DNA of 64,000 bases from Protoeuglena noctilucae (GCA_958009085.1 OY253687.1:620001-684000); one strand, 5' to 3'; positions 35,484 through 49,005 are shown, counted from the stretch's first letter. Notes: a model not told the origin generated them from the sequence alone. Program-made: numbers and translations.

Positions 35484-38439
35484 ATGGCACCAGCGAACTG
35501 TGTGGCGCCGGAGCACCCTTCCATGCCAGGCAACTGCACCACGAAAGGCCTCGTTCTGACATTGCAAGACAAGCGAACGATTGCACTTAGCCCTGGAGAG
35601 CGCGTGTCGTTGGGAAGGGCCCACGTCCGGCCGAGCCGGGCTGCACTGCGGACGTCGCGCACCCAGTGCGTTGTCCAGGCGGCTGGCAGCGCCGACTCCG
35701 GGCCTGAGTTGGGAATCGGGCGATTGGAGGTGGAGAAGACTGCGTTGAATGTAACGCGGATCCTTCGCGGAGCGAGGAATGGGCCCGCGGACGCCGTGGC
35801 ATCGATCGAGGTGGTGCCGGGGCATTGCGAGGCGATTTTCGACGGGGATTTGATTGCCCTCATCCCTGGAGACGACAGTGAGGTCATTGAGGTGCACGGA
35901 GCTGACGACGGGCTTCCCATGTCGAAGAGAGCTCGGGCGGGGGCACCCGCACACCCTGTCGACGACGTCGACTGGCTGCCCAGAGGCGCGCGGCCGACCG
36001 GTGGGGGACTCGCCCCCACGAGGTCTCAAGTCGTCAACGCTGCGCCTGCTGGAACCGGTCGCGGGCCGAGCACGAGCACTGAGCGAGGCAAGCCCAGGGA
36101 GTCGGGCCGCAGGCGACTTGGGCACTGTGATGGGCTATGGCTGGTGGCAACTAATCTGCGGTCGTTGTTTGCCTCCCCCGCAGTGATGCTCGTGCTCATC
36201 GGAGCTCCAGGGGCCGGGAAAAGCACGTTTGCCCAGCAACTGCAATCGAGCGGCGCGGCACGGTGGCGGCGAGTCAACCAAGACACCGTGGCGCGTGGCG
36301 GCACGCGGGGAACGCGCAAGCAGTGTCTGCAGGCGGCGCGGAGGGCTCTTACAAGCGGACATTCCGTGACGATCGACCGCTGCAACTTCGACGACCAGCA
36401 GCGGGGGGACTTCCTGGACCTCGCAAGGAGCCTGGGAGTGCGGGCGTGGGCGCTCTACTTCAATCTGCCCCTGTGAGTCATGAGGCACAGCCATGAGGCT
36501 GTTCCCTAGTTTCACTGTTCCCCTGCGCTGGACATAGGATCAGTGTGCTAAGTCCTGTTGTCCCTGTCGTCCCTTGTCAAGCCCAGACGTCTCTGGTCGG
36601 CTGCAGGAAGGACTGTGTCCGCCGCGCCTCATCGAGGGTCGGCCACGAGGGCGGGGTCGAGGGCTTTGGCGCAGCGTCAGTTGTGAGCCGCATGCACAGC
36701 CAACTGCGCGCGCCGACCGTCCACGAGGGCTTCCAAGGCATCACCGTGTGCAGGAGCGACGCGGACATCGACGCTGCTCTCCGACACTGCCAGCAGTGGG
36801 ACGCCTCGGGTGCGTGCGGACCGCAAGCAGGGTCGATGAAGGAGTTGGCCGATGCAGGCGATGGTTCCATCCCACAGGCGGCAGTGGCACTCACTTTCGC
36901 GTCACTTGCCGCATGCAGGGGCTTTCACAATCCCTTCCCTCGGAGCTCCCGGGCCCCTTGCGTCGTTATGGTCCCGCTCAGCACAGGCCAGCCCCAGCAT
37001 CCCAGCGTCGCAGTCACCCTCGTCACTCTGGCCGCTGTCAGGGCATACCATGCCACCCTCAGGGCATACCATGCCACCCTCAGGGCATACTGCGCCTCTT
37101 TTGGGGCATATCGCGCCACCGTTGGGTCACATTGCGCCTCCATCAGGGCATGGGCTCACCCCTTGGAGCCCGGCTGGCATGGTTGGCATTAGCGCGATTG
37201 GGCCAGGCGCAGCGTTTCAGGCGTTGCTGGGTGGCCTTCTGTCCACGGGTGTCCCTGTCCCTTCGGCGGCTCACGTGGCGGCGGTGCCGGACGTCGCTAT
37301 GCCAGGGCCGTCCCCATCCACCGCACAGGGATCCCAAGAAAGCGCCAAGGACGCCTTTGCGGTGCTGATGGGGAGCGCCAGGGCAGCGGCCGCGAGCCCC
37401 GGAGCGAGGAAGGCCGGCCCGGGCGCTGGCGGAGGGGCGACGGGTCCGGGCGGCTGTGGCCAACGGGGGTCGGCGGGGCGCGGAGGCGGTGACGCGATGC
37501 CTGTGTCGCGTGCATCTGTGGGCAACTCGCCGAGGGACGCGTTGAGGCGTTACGCGGCAGACCCGGAGCGCTTCCGCCCTGACGGGGGATTCCTGCGTGT
37601 CACGGACGCCTGGGTGATGCTGGAAGATAAGTACCCCAAGGCCCGGCGGCACGCCCTCGTGGTTGCAAGGGACCTGGCCCTGGGGGACCTCGGAGACTTG
37701 GGCAGGGAGCATGTGGGGCTGATACGGTGAGGAGCGGGGAATAGGCATAGGCTGACTGTGTTGCGAGCGGAAGGGCTTTGTCAGTATATGCGAACGCGGC
37801 ACGCATGATGGGGTTTGTGGTACGCTCCCTGTCAGCATGCACAAGGCACATGGCCAGACTGTGCGTGCAGGGACATGGAGCGTGCGGGGCTGGATTGGGC
37901 ACAGGCGCAGACGCTGGCGAGCCCGGCTGAGGTGCCCCGGGGTTTCCAATTGGGCTTCCATGCCATCCCCAGCATGCCCCAGCTCCACATGCACGTGGTG
38001 TCGCAGGAGTTCGACTCCGCGTGCCTCAAGACCAAGAGACACTATAACACGTTCACCACCAGGTGTGGGTATGCGGCATCAGTATGCGGCATATGGCATC
38101 GGGCCGGGTCACGTGTCACGTGCTCTGCGCCGATGTGGTCTGTGCCAACGTGCTGTGCTGCTGGAACTGAGCCACGTGGCAGCTGGCGACTTTATGCCAG
38201 CATGCAACAGCATATCAAAACTCACCCACGGGCCATTATGAGCCACGCATGCTCGCAGGTTCTTCGTGCCTGTGGCGGAGGTGCTGGAGAGGCTGGAGCG
38301 GGACGGGCACGTGCGGTGGACTCCGGAGGAGCAGGAGGAATACGAGCACATGGAGAAGCGGCCGATGATGTGCCACGTGTGCGGCACGGCCATCCGCAAC
38401 ATCCCGGCCCTGAAGAGCCACCTCCCCTTGCATTTCTAG
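35484..38439 (+). CDS. APTX: Aprataxin-like DNA-adenylate hydrolase: FHA-like domain, PNK-type P-loop kinase, HIT domain and zinc finger
   Basis: VSLGR...TSRTQC (FHA-like); [80 protein letters not shown]...LKSHL. Confidence 0.9.
37038..37160 (+). repeat. Coding 21-bp tandem repeat (about 6 copies; [14 protein letters not shown] heptads) in the APTX linker
   Basis: cagggcataccatgccaccct occurs twice, followed by degenerate copies, in the frame leading into the HIT domain. Confidence 0.8.
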
Positions 38440-38762
38440 TCCTTCTTGTCCAGTTCATTGGCTCCATTTATTCGATGACAGATTTGGCGCGCCTTATCAC
38501 GTTGCCAGCCCTCCTTTGTCGCGCCGCATCCTTTGCCGCGCATCTGACATCACTTGTCAGCTGTTGTCTTCCCAGAGGCGTCAATTGTCCGACGGTGAAG
38601 CGCGCGTATATCACCGGGGAGGACATCTGGTTGGACAAACGCGGCGGTCAGCGACCGGGCCCGGGTCGCATTTGAAGGGGCTGCGTAGCAGTGCCGGCTG
38701 CCTCCGCCGCAGCGCGGACCAGCTGCAGGCCGTCGTGCCGAAATCAAATACTCGGTTCGAAA

Positions 38763-41700
38763 ATGGAACCCATGCAGCATACTTTGCAGCAGAAGGGGAC
38801 GGGGCACTTCCATTTCGCCCCCATCCCCCCCGAGGTGATGCTCGCGCTGCAAATCTCGCGAGGGGGCCGTTTCCGGACTTGCTGCTGCTGCACGCATCTG
38901 TTTCTGCGACAGCTTTCAGGAGGGCTGCATGTCTCGTTTCCGGACGGCCCGCCGGCGCCCAGGGATTCAGTTGTCAGCAGGCCGTCCTCGCCGCCCCGCA
39001 GATCATGAAGCTCAGCGAGGAGCTCAAGTCACTGGGCGCGGCTCGGGCTACGGTCGGCGAGACGACGGTCGTCGCCCGGATCGCCCCCGCGGGCAAGCTG
39101 GAGCGGCGAATCGTGGGCGCCCAGGGCGCCACATCTGTCACCGTGGACGACCCGGACGTGCGCGATACCACGTCCCTGGCGCAGGCCAGGAAGACGTATG
39201 CCCTCGATGCCGCGCTGGGTGCGGACAGCTCTCAGGCGGACGTGTACGGGAAGGTCCAGGTGGGCGTTTGGACGGATTGGTGCCTCTCTCGCCTCCGCGC
39301 CGCCCCTCGCGGCCTGATGTCGCCCGCAGCAAAGACGCGCGGTTTCTGCCTTCGCAGGAGGTGGTTCCCTGGGTCATGCGCGGCCTGAACGCGTCGATCG
39401 TGGCGCTGGGGCAGCACGGAACCGGCAAGACCTACTCGCTCTTCGGCCCGGGCGGGCCGCACTCCGTGGAGCACGTCGGACTCGTTCCCTTGCTTCTCGA
39501 CGAGCTGGCGCGGGCCGCGGACGAGCACCCCGGGCGCTTCGCTCTCGGCCTCAGCGCGTGGGAGATCCAAGGCACGGAGGCTGTCGACCTTTTGGCGACC
39601 GAGGGCGCTGGCGCGGACGACGGTCGTGTCGAGTTCCCCATCGTCCCCGGCACGTGGCTCGAGTTCACCACCGTGGTGAGCCTGCGCTCGCAGATGGGCT
39701 GCCGACGGTGCCCGGTGTGCTTGGGAGCGCCTGCATGCGCGCGGCCCTGCAAGTTTGCGGGCCACGTCGCTCGCCTCTTGCCCCCGCGCAGGCCGTGAAC
39801 GACGTCGACGAGATGCAGCGCGCGGTGGAGATCGCCCAGCACCGCTCGTGCAGCTGGGGCGAGGGGCACGCCCCAGAGGGCCGCACACACGCGCGCCCGG
39901 GAGGCGCGCAGGGCGCCGCGGACGCTCGCTCCGGCCCGCCCGTGCCGCTGCCAAACCGCGCGCACTTCTTCCTGCGCGTCTCCGTCTACGACAGGTCGCG
40001 CAGCTCCCTCTCCGCTCTCCACCTGGTGGACTTGGTCGGCTCCCGCCGCGCCCCCGGCCACGCTGCACCCGCGCCCCCTCCCGACGCCCTCTCCCGCGTG
40101 GAGCTCGAGCGCCGCGCGGCCGCCCAGGACCTCCTGTCCCTCTCCCGCCTCATCCTCGACCTCTCCAAGCGGCCCGACCCCGAGGGTGGCGATGCCCTGG
40201 CGCCCCGCCTGGTCCCAGCAGCCAAGGACTGCAAGCTGACCCGCGCGCTGGCGCCGCTGCTCGGTGGCAACTGCCGCGCGTGGATCCTCTGCACGCTGTC
40301 GCCCCGTCCGGAGGACTACCTGGAAACGATGGACACGCTTCGGCTGGGGGTGCGGGCGCGCGCCATCCGCACCGCCTGCCTGGCCACCTCGGGGATCGAC
40401 GAGTCGGCCGTCGACTTCCTCCCACTCGAGCGCGTCGTCCCGAGTGAGCAGAGCACGTGATGTCGCACGACACACTCGGAACACTGGTGCAGATTGTGAC
40501 TGTGCCAACCCTGGCAACACATTGAGCAAAACTTTCACCTCGTCTTATCCCTGCCCTCCCCGCGCCCTCCTCCCCGCAGCGTCCCTGGGCCTGGCTGCGG
40601 AGGTGGATCGCCTTCTGGACTCCCTCGTACGCTCGGCCGTGGACCCCGCACACGACACCGCCCGGCACCCGCCGCCGCTCGACACGCGCCTGCCGGACCG
40701 CGGCAGCGAGAGGGACGACGGGCGCGACGCCACGGAGTTCTTCTCGGCGCGCGGCACGCCCCTGCCCACGCCGGCACCCTCCATGCGCACCATCCCCGCA
40801 CCTGCACATGCGCCTCCCCCGGCCACCGCGGCGCCCGCCACTGGGCAGGCGCCGTCACGATCACCCCCCACGGACGCTCCGGGGTCTGACGAGGGCCGGC
40901 AGCTGTCGTCCAACATGCGCGCGATGTCTTGGGAGGACATCGTGGCTGCGACAGAGGGGAAGGACGCATTGATTCAGCTGGGAGAGCCCGCGACCGCCGC
41001 GGCGGGTGGGGAGGGTGCGGCCGCGTCTGGCCAAGTGCCGGGACCGAGTGTGCGTGAGGCGGAGGCGGCGGGCGGCGGGGGTGTCGCGGGTGGGGGTCCT
41101 GGCGTGGAGGGGTTGGTGAGAGACGCGCAGGCGAGGTGGGCGGCAGAGGAAGGGGCGCGAGCACGGCCAATTGCGGCGGAGGAGCTGCCGACGTCGACGC
41201 GGCGCGGGGAGGTGGGGGTGGGCATGAGGGAGGGCGGGGCGGAGCCTGGAGGGCTGCCAACGTCGCAGCGTGTCGATGGGACTGCACCCTCTGAGGGAAG
41301 CCCAGGGTCCGATGCGGCAGGCGGTCGGGTCGCTGCTGCAGACGGTGCTCGTGTCGCGCACGCGGATGCCGGTGCCGGTGCGGTCGAGGAGGCGCGTGCC
41401 GCGTTGGCGCCGCCCAGGGTCGCAAATGCCGCACCATTGGCCCAGGCCGTGAGGGACATGCTCCGGGGGCCGGGGGCGCCAGAGACACACGGGACGAGGG
41501 ACCTGAGAGGTCCCTCGGAAGACTCGCAGGAGCCGCGGGGCGGGCAGGCCCAGCCAGCTGCTGCGCCTCAGGCGACGCACCGCGCGATGGATGCGGGCAG
41601 GTCTGTGAGGCGGGGCGACGTCCCGAGGGGCGAGCTTTGGCAGGAACTTGCGTGGCGGGAATACGCGCAGCGGATCCAGGCTTCCGTCGAGGAGCAGCTC

Positions 41701-43836
41701 GCGGGGTTGAGCGGCGCTGGGGCTGCTGGCGCCGGGCCGAGGGGCGCAATCGCGATGCAGCAGGGCTCGCAGCCAAGAGAGGCACGGGCGGCGCCAGGAC
41801 TGCACGAAGCGCAGAGCGGGGCCGAAGGACGCGGGTCCGAGCGCAGGTGAGGCGAATGCGCGTGTGTGCGCATTGCCTGCCTGGGGTTTGCCTCGTGCTG
41901 TCCTGTGCAGCGGGGCGGTGCCTGTGACTCCAGTGATGCATCTGCAATTTGTCTCTATCCTGAGGCGCACGTGCGTCTCGACGTTCCTGCGCGTACAGCC
42001 GATGCGTCGTTTGGACCGCCCCGCAGGGACGTGGGCATCGGCTCACCCGTCAGCCCGGTGGGCGAGCGATCCCTGTGGCGTGACGTCGACACCTCGCGGC
42101 GCTCCGGGGACGCGGGCCCCGCGGTCGCGGTGGCCCGGGAGCTGTCCCTCTCGAACGGCGGGGAGTGCTGGGCCGATCTGGATGCGGTAGCACCGCCTGA
42201 GGTGCCGGGTGACGCGGGGGCTCGGGTGGGGGCGCACGCGCAGGGCTCGTGGCGCGGGCGGGAGGCGGCCGAGCTCGAGGCGGAGCTGCGTGTGGTGATG
42301 CGTGCGCTGGAGTTGGAGAGGACGCGTGGCGACAAGGAGGCTGCGAGGGCCCGTGAGGTGCGTGAGCGGGATGCGATGAGTGCCCCTCCCAGTTGTCCCG
42401 CTCCTGGGCGCACCCGACGGCGTGTCGCAACTCGCGTTGTATCTGCGGCCGGTGCTCATGCGAACCGCGAGTGTTGGCAGGCGGCGTCCGGCACGGCCGC
42501 CAAGCCTCGCTCCGCCAACACGCCCCGCGCCCTCCACCCTGCCCGCAGTTGGAAATGGAGCTGCAGGAGTTCCGTCTGACGCGGGAGCTGGCCGCGGACG
42601 AGACGCGGGTGCAGGCCCTCGCGCTGCGGCAGCAGATGCGGGCGGTGGCGCTGGCGTCCGCAGGAGATGCGGCCGAGGTCTTTGAGGCCTACGAGCGGGA
42701 CCTGGAGGAGGCGATGAGGGAGCGCGACGCGTTGGAGCTCGAAAACCGGCGACTGCGGGTGGCGCAGGCGGGCGAGGCGGGGCCACGGGGGCCGGGGGCG
42801 CCGCTGGCGGCGACGACGTCGGGGCTTCGGCTGGGGCGTGCCGTGGGGAGGGACGCCAAGGTGGACGTGCTCCGGAGGGAGCTGGCGCGCGCGACCGAGG
42901 AGCGCGACGCGCTGCGGCACGACTTGGACGCGGCCAGGAAGGCGCAGCGGGCGCTGCTGGTCAACCGGCGGCAGGCGCGGGCGGCGCACCAGCGGCTGCG
43001 GGAGATGCAGGAGTCGCTGGCGGCGCGGGAGAGGGACCTGGTGGAGCAGGCGCTGGTGAGGGCCGGGGAGGGCGTGGCGCAGCCTCAGATTGCAGCCCGC
43101 GCTTGCACGCAAATGATGGTGCGCTGTGCGCGAGTGCGGCTGCCGTCACGACGCCCGCAGCGGTGCAAGGAGGCAGAGGCGGTAGCAGAAGAGACGTTGG
43201 AGCAGATGGCCAGGATGGAGGAGCACCTGAACGCCATGGCCAGGTGAGAGCGCGAATCACGCGTCACAGCACGTTGCGAGAGTGAGCTGGCTGTGGCAGC
43301 AGGGGACGTGCCGAGTGGTCGCAGATGTTTACACAGACGCCTCTTATTTGTAAGCTTGTTGCTTGCCTACTTGCAGGGAGAACCGCCAGCAGCGGCAGGA
43401 CATCAAGGCGTTGCGGGAGCAGATTTTCAACCTGCGGCTCGCGGGAGACCGCGGTGGGCCGCTGGCGGGGGCGGCGATGGTGCGTCCGATCGGAGAGGGG
43501 CCCCCGCGGGGCGAGACGCGGGCGTTGGAGCTCCTCAAGCAGCTGCAGGGCCACCTGCCGCGGTACACGCGCGCCGAGGAGATCCTGGAGCGGCTCATCT
43601 CGGAGATCAACTACATCGCCAGGGAGAGGCAGGCCATGCACGAGCGCGAGAAGCTCCTCGTCCAGGTGGCTTCGGCCGCCACGGAGCAGGGGATGCAGGT
43701 GTTCACGTCGCAGCGCGAGGCTGGAGCGCCCGCGTCGCCCTACGCTCCCGCGGTCGCCCAGGAGACTCCCTTAGCCACCACACCCCGCGTGCGATACTCG
43801 GGGAGGGGGATGCAGGCCGTGACCGGCCGCACTTGA
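38763..43836 (+). CDS. Divergent kinesin-like protein (N-terminal motor domain, long low-complexity linker, C-terminal coiled coil)
   Basis: YALDAAL..SSQADVY; GLNASIVALGQHGTGKTYSLFG; LHLVDLVGS; CKLTRALAPLLGGN; LETMDTLRLG; E/R/L-rich coiled-coil exons at 42550-43660. Confidence 0.85.
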
Positions 43837-43994
43837 CACGTTTCAGGCGCCGGAAAAACGGCGATGGCAGTTTTGCACTCTCGCGCGAGCAGCGAGAAGT
43901 GCATTGTTTTGAATAGCGGACATTGGAAGCCGGTGCACGCGATATTGGGAATCGGCGGCCAAGGTCGTTAGCAGAACCGTTAGGGCGAAAAGCC

Positions 43995-46226
43995 ATGCGG
44001 GCGGCCCCCTGCGCGGCCGCGGCGCGGCCACTGAGCACGTGCGTGTCACGTGCGTCGGCACGGCAGGTCCAGCCGTCCTGGGTGGCCCGCGCGGCGACGA
44101 AAGACAGGAACTCCTCCCGGCGGTCGATGCCCTCGAAGGACTCCCGCGGCAAGGCCCCGGTTGAGCCGACCCAGGTGACAGTCGCCGTGGAAAGGCGGCC
44201 AGCTTGGACAGGCGCTTTGCCGGGCCGCATCGACGGCGTGGGCGGCCCAACAGTGTGCAGCCCTAACAATGCGCACGTGTGTGCACCTCGCGACGGCATG
44301 GCGTCTTTTCCTTTGCCCAGAACACGTCCGTGCCAGCCCGGCTTCTCGGCGACTACGGGTTCCGCTCTCAGACCGCCCGGTTGCTTCACCAGGAGGGCGC
44401 AGTAGGGGAGGTGCCGGGCAATCTGTGGGAAATGGGCATGGAGAACTTTGCGCGCGAGCTTGCAGGCATCCGGACGTCAACGCGCTTCCAGGACTTCGCA
44501 GTCATGAGGGCAGCTTTGCCGAAGAACGCCCTCGTCTCGGCGCTGTTCGCCGTCCACGTGGCCTTTGCCAAGGGCCTGGGGAAGATCGACCTGATGCTGG
44601 AGGTGAGGCGAGCATGTTGTTTTCTAGCAACCTGTTTAACTCCCGCAAGGCCATGTCACAGCCGCGAAGGCCAGTTGCAGTGCAGCCAACGTGCCATCGG
44701 GGCTGATTGCATCGTCGCCCTGCAAGCGTCCCTCCCTCTGCTGGCCGCAGGAGGCGGGCGCTCTGCCGAAGCTGGAAGCCACCAACTCCCTGGCTGAGTC
44801 GAACCTGTCGAGCGCTTCTGAGGAAAACCGCAAAAAGCTCTTGCAGCTCAAGTGAGGGCCCACACTGCGCCAGCCCTGGCCAGACTGTTGTGGTGGGCCT
44901 GGGGCACTGCAGCTGGCCTCGATTACCACTGCAGGCTGAGCAACGAGGACGTGGCGCGCCGGGACCGGGAGCGTGAGAAGAAGCGAGAGGAGGCGGGGGC
45001 GCAGCCGCCGGCGTTCATCATGGCGAGTGCCTGCGTCACTGCAGCCAACAGCGCTGCAGCATAGCAAGACACTGGAACTCTAAGCAAGACATGATAAGCT
45101 TTTTGTCGCAGGGGTTCTACACCATCCTCTGCGTGGTCTTGGACGTCCTCTACTACAACCGACCCATCCAGGTGCCTGACAGCTGTGCCAAGAAAAGTGA
45201 CTGACTGGCATCCTCATGCCGCGTGCCTGCTGACAGCCCTGCAAGGAATTCCGTGGCCCCTTTGACCCTTCCTCAGAAGTTCTGGGTTCTCGAGACGGTG
45301 GCTAGGATCCCGTACTTCTCCTATATCTCCATCCTCCACCTGTACGAGACGCTTGGCTGGTGGAGGCAGGGTGCGGAGTTGCGCAAAGTGCACTTTGCCG
45401 AGGAATGGTGAGGCGAAGAGAGTGACTTTCCTCGTCAAGTGCCATGAGCATGTCATGCACACACCTGGCTAGGGTGACGCTGACAGGGCGCCCAGCGATG
45501 GACGATGCGCTGGACGAGCTACGCATTGGCCCACACCCATCCCTCGCGCGTCTCTGCAGGAACGAGCTCCAGCACCTGTCGATCATGGAGTCCCTGGGTG
45601 GCGACCAGCTGTGGCTGGACCGTTTCGTGGCGCAGCACGCCGCGGTGGTCTACTACTGGATTCTCGTCCTGACCTACATGGTCTCGCCCAAGCTGTCCTA
45701 CCAGTTCAGCGAGCTCGTCGAGGGGCACGCCACGGGTACGTCGCCACACGCCTGGTGCCATGCGCATGCGCGTCGCGGTGTTGGGATGTGCGCGTGGCCA
45801 CGGGTGCCGGGTGCTTGGGAGATGAAGTTCGCAGCGCCCGTGCATGGTTCCTCGTATCCAAGAGATGGACCCTGTTTCACATCAGGCTATCACACGCGCC
45901 TGCCTGTTGCCGTGCCCGCAGACACCTACGAGGTCTTCCTGGAGACCAACCGCGAGCTCCTCATGTCCCTGCCGCCCCCCAAGTGCGCCGTGGACTACTA
46001 CAAGGGCGGCGACCTGTACATGTTCGACGCGTTCCAGACCGACCAGCTTGCGGGGACCCGGCGGCCGGAGGTCAACAATCTCTACGACGTCTTTTGCAAC
46101 ATCCGCGACGACGAGATCGAGCACGAGAAGACCATGCTGGCATGCCAGGACCCCCAGCAGATCGCCTCGAGCATCAGTGCCCGGCTCAAGAGCGCTGGCC
46201 TCAGCAACCCCAGCCCCAGGCAGTGA
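43995..46226 (+). CDS. PTOX: Plastid terminal oxidase (alternative oxidase family di-iron protein)
   Basis: Transit peptide; [80 protein letters not shown]. Confidence 0.95.
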
Positions 46227-46311
46227 GCGCCCCCCCGCTCACAGCTCGGCCGTGCCGTGTGCTCTCGCCCCTCACATCTAAATGCCCTTCGACGGCCCCC
46301 TTTGCGTCCTT

Positions 46312-48703
46312 TCATTTACCCCTTCCGACACCGGCGCTGGCCCCCGCTGCTGCCCTCGCGCGGTCAAGGAGGTCGGCCTTTTTGCCCCCCACCGGGAGCT
46401 TTGCGTTCTTGAGGAACACCTTGAGGTCCGGGATCGTCAGCTTGGCCTCTGCGGCGCGCTCACGCACACACCGCGCGTTCGCAGTCGCCCTGCTGGGCCA
46501 GTGACCTGCGCTGCACATCTGTTCCGCCGCGATGTTCGCACATGCCTAGGCGCTGTTGGCGTCGCTCACCCGCGCCAGTCTTGAACGCCTCCAGCACCTT
46601 CTGCGCGACCTGCGCCACCTCGGCGGCGGTGGGGGGCGGTGCCCGCTTCGCAGCCTCCTTCTTGGGTGCAGACGGCACAGGCCCAGGCACGGGCGTCGTG
46701 CCGGTCGCCCCAGGCGCTGCCTTGGCTGTCTTCAGAGCCTTGGGCCGGGGGCCCGCCCCGTTCGGGAGCGCCGCCAGCGCTGGGCGCTTGGGTGCGGGCC
46801 GTGCCGTCGCGCCCGCAGACGCCACCGCCGGCGGGGCGAGCGACCGGGCCGGCAGCGTCACCTGCCGCCCCTTCGCGAGGTGCTCCTGCTCCTCCTCTTT
46901 CCTCCTCTGCTCCAAGGTCTGCAGCAGCTTCTGCGTGTACCAGACAGCTACTAGTGCGTCGCTTGCCACGGTTGCCACCTCGCTCGACCAGGTTCAGGTG
47001 CTGTCATCGACCAGCTGAGCCTGTTTCATAAGCTCGCCTCTGATGGTTTGGTCTGGACGGTCCTGCGCACGAACCCCTGTGCTTTCAGCGAAGGGCCACT
47101 GGCAGGGGCCTCTGGGGCGGGTGCTGCCCTCACTGCAGAGGCAGCCGAGCATGTTTCTTGCAACGCTGCGTCAGATGCCTGCCAGAGAGCATCACCGAAA
47201 AGAGCCGACCACTTCCTCCCAGCCCAGCCTGTGAGTCACCCAGCAGCAGCGGCGGGTCACCTGGCTTGGCCTTGCTCAGGTCTCGTGCTGTGGTCCATGC
47301 TGTGCCCACGACTGCCGCGGCCATCGGGCGAGCCGCTTGCGCTTTAGCGGGCTCGCGCCAGGACGGCTCCCCTGCCGTGCAAAAGAGCTTGGCTACACGA
47401 CCCAGGTCGGCAGCGTGGTCAGCCACGGTGCCAGCGAAGGGCGCCTCAAACTGGCTCCCGGGCACGCACACACACGCAGCGGGAGCCCAGAGCTCCTCCA
47501 GCGAATCGCTGGCCCCGCGCAAGCTGCAGGGGACGAGAGGGTATGCATTTATGGACCTCGCCGACCTCCTCTGAGAAGCAAGAGTTGCAAACCCATTACG
47601 TTACGTTGCGCCGCATCCACACACTCGCCTGTCTGCGTCCCGGAGAGGCACAAGTCTGCAGCCCACCGGTAGAACCAGCCCAGCTCCCTGTGCCCACGCC
47701 TTCAGGACCTGTGCGTCCCGCAGCTCCCGCGAACGACCAGGGACGACCTCGACCAAGCGCCGCATGGGCCCAAGGAGCTCCCCGATGACGTCCTCCTCGC
47801 CCTGCGAACCCGGGGCTCGCAGAGTTTTCGCATGGCATGAGAAGTGGGCATCTCAGAGCAAGCCGTCAACGCAAGGGGCACCTGATCGAGCTCCGCCTTG
47901 ATTGCCGTCGCGTGATGAGTCGCCATAGAGCAGAGGATGCGCACACGTCCGTCTTCCGCGACCCGTGGGAGGTGTGCGGTCAGTGCGACGCGCGTCCACT
48001 TCTCCCCTGCGCGGCGGAACCAGCTCTCGGTCCGTTTCAAGCGTGCCGATGCGTATATATCAAACATGTGCAGGTGATGAGCCGTTACTGGAGCTCGCCT
48101 GGGGTCGGGTCGCAAGGGACCGCGGGCGTCAGCACCAGCCTCGCGCCATCGCTGCAGAGGACGGTCAGGCCGGCGTCCTCGGCCTTCCCCGCCGCCGCGG
48201 CCAGCAGCGCCGCCCCCAGCTCCTCCGCCGTGATCCCGCCGACGGTTACGGCCTGCTTGACGGGCGCCCAGTCCAGGCGGAGGCGCCCCTTCAGCTCCTT
48301 GACCCGTGCAAAGGCTGCCGGCAGGTGTCCCTTGGTCGTATACACGCATGCGTTGCCCGGCGGCAGAACTCCTGCCCCCATCTCTGCAAAGCAGCGGACG
48401 CACGGCCAGGGCAGCGCGTCGAATGCCTTCATGACTTCACCGGCGACGAACATGTGAGGCATCTGTGCAGCGTCACTGACCCCGGACGACGTGGAGCGTC
48501 TTCGGGGCCACCAGCACCGGGCCCTTGAGGCATTTGGCGAGCTCAATCCACGCGGGTGCTCGTGTCGGGGCGGGCGCAGGAGCCAGGACCCCATCCACGG
48601 CCACCAGGGTGGGGTCCCCTCGGTCAGGCGAGCTATCACCGACACTGAGGACGAAGCGAACCGCCTCACGCGGCAGAAACGGCAGAGAAAACTCGGCCTC
48701 CAT
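46312..48703 (-). CDS. Protein with a C-terminal SAP domain; upstream exon structure uncertain
   Basis: Last exon AKLTIPDLKVFLKNAKLPVGGKKADLLDRA matches the SAP consensus and follows an Ala/Pro/Lys-rich linker; 5' exons not resolved. Confidence 0.5.
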
Positions 48704-49005
48704 CCAGGGTGGCTATGAAGGCAAAGACAGTGGCCGCGTCATGGGGGCTGCACAGACGATACGAATGTCCTTGCTTTTGCATCACACGCAATCGACAGGC
48801 GCCGCGAGCACTTGCCAGAAAACACGGGGCCCGGGCGCCAGTCGAGCTGTCGAACGTCGAACAGCGTCTCGACCAGGACCAGTACTTGCGTCTTGATCCA
48901 ATCAAACCGCCCGACGACGTATATAGGCCTTCCCCCCGCTCGTTTTCGTGTTCGGACCTGCTACCCTCCCCGCAAAGAATCCCGGTCGCAGGGGCTCTCT
49001 TCCCG

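Noticed and set aside
40535..42046. 503-aa minus-strand ORF
   Set aside because: Antisense shadow of the kinesin linker exon
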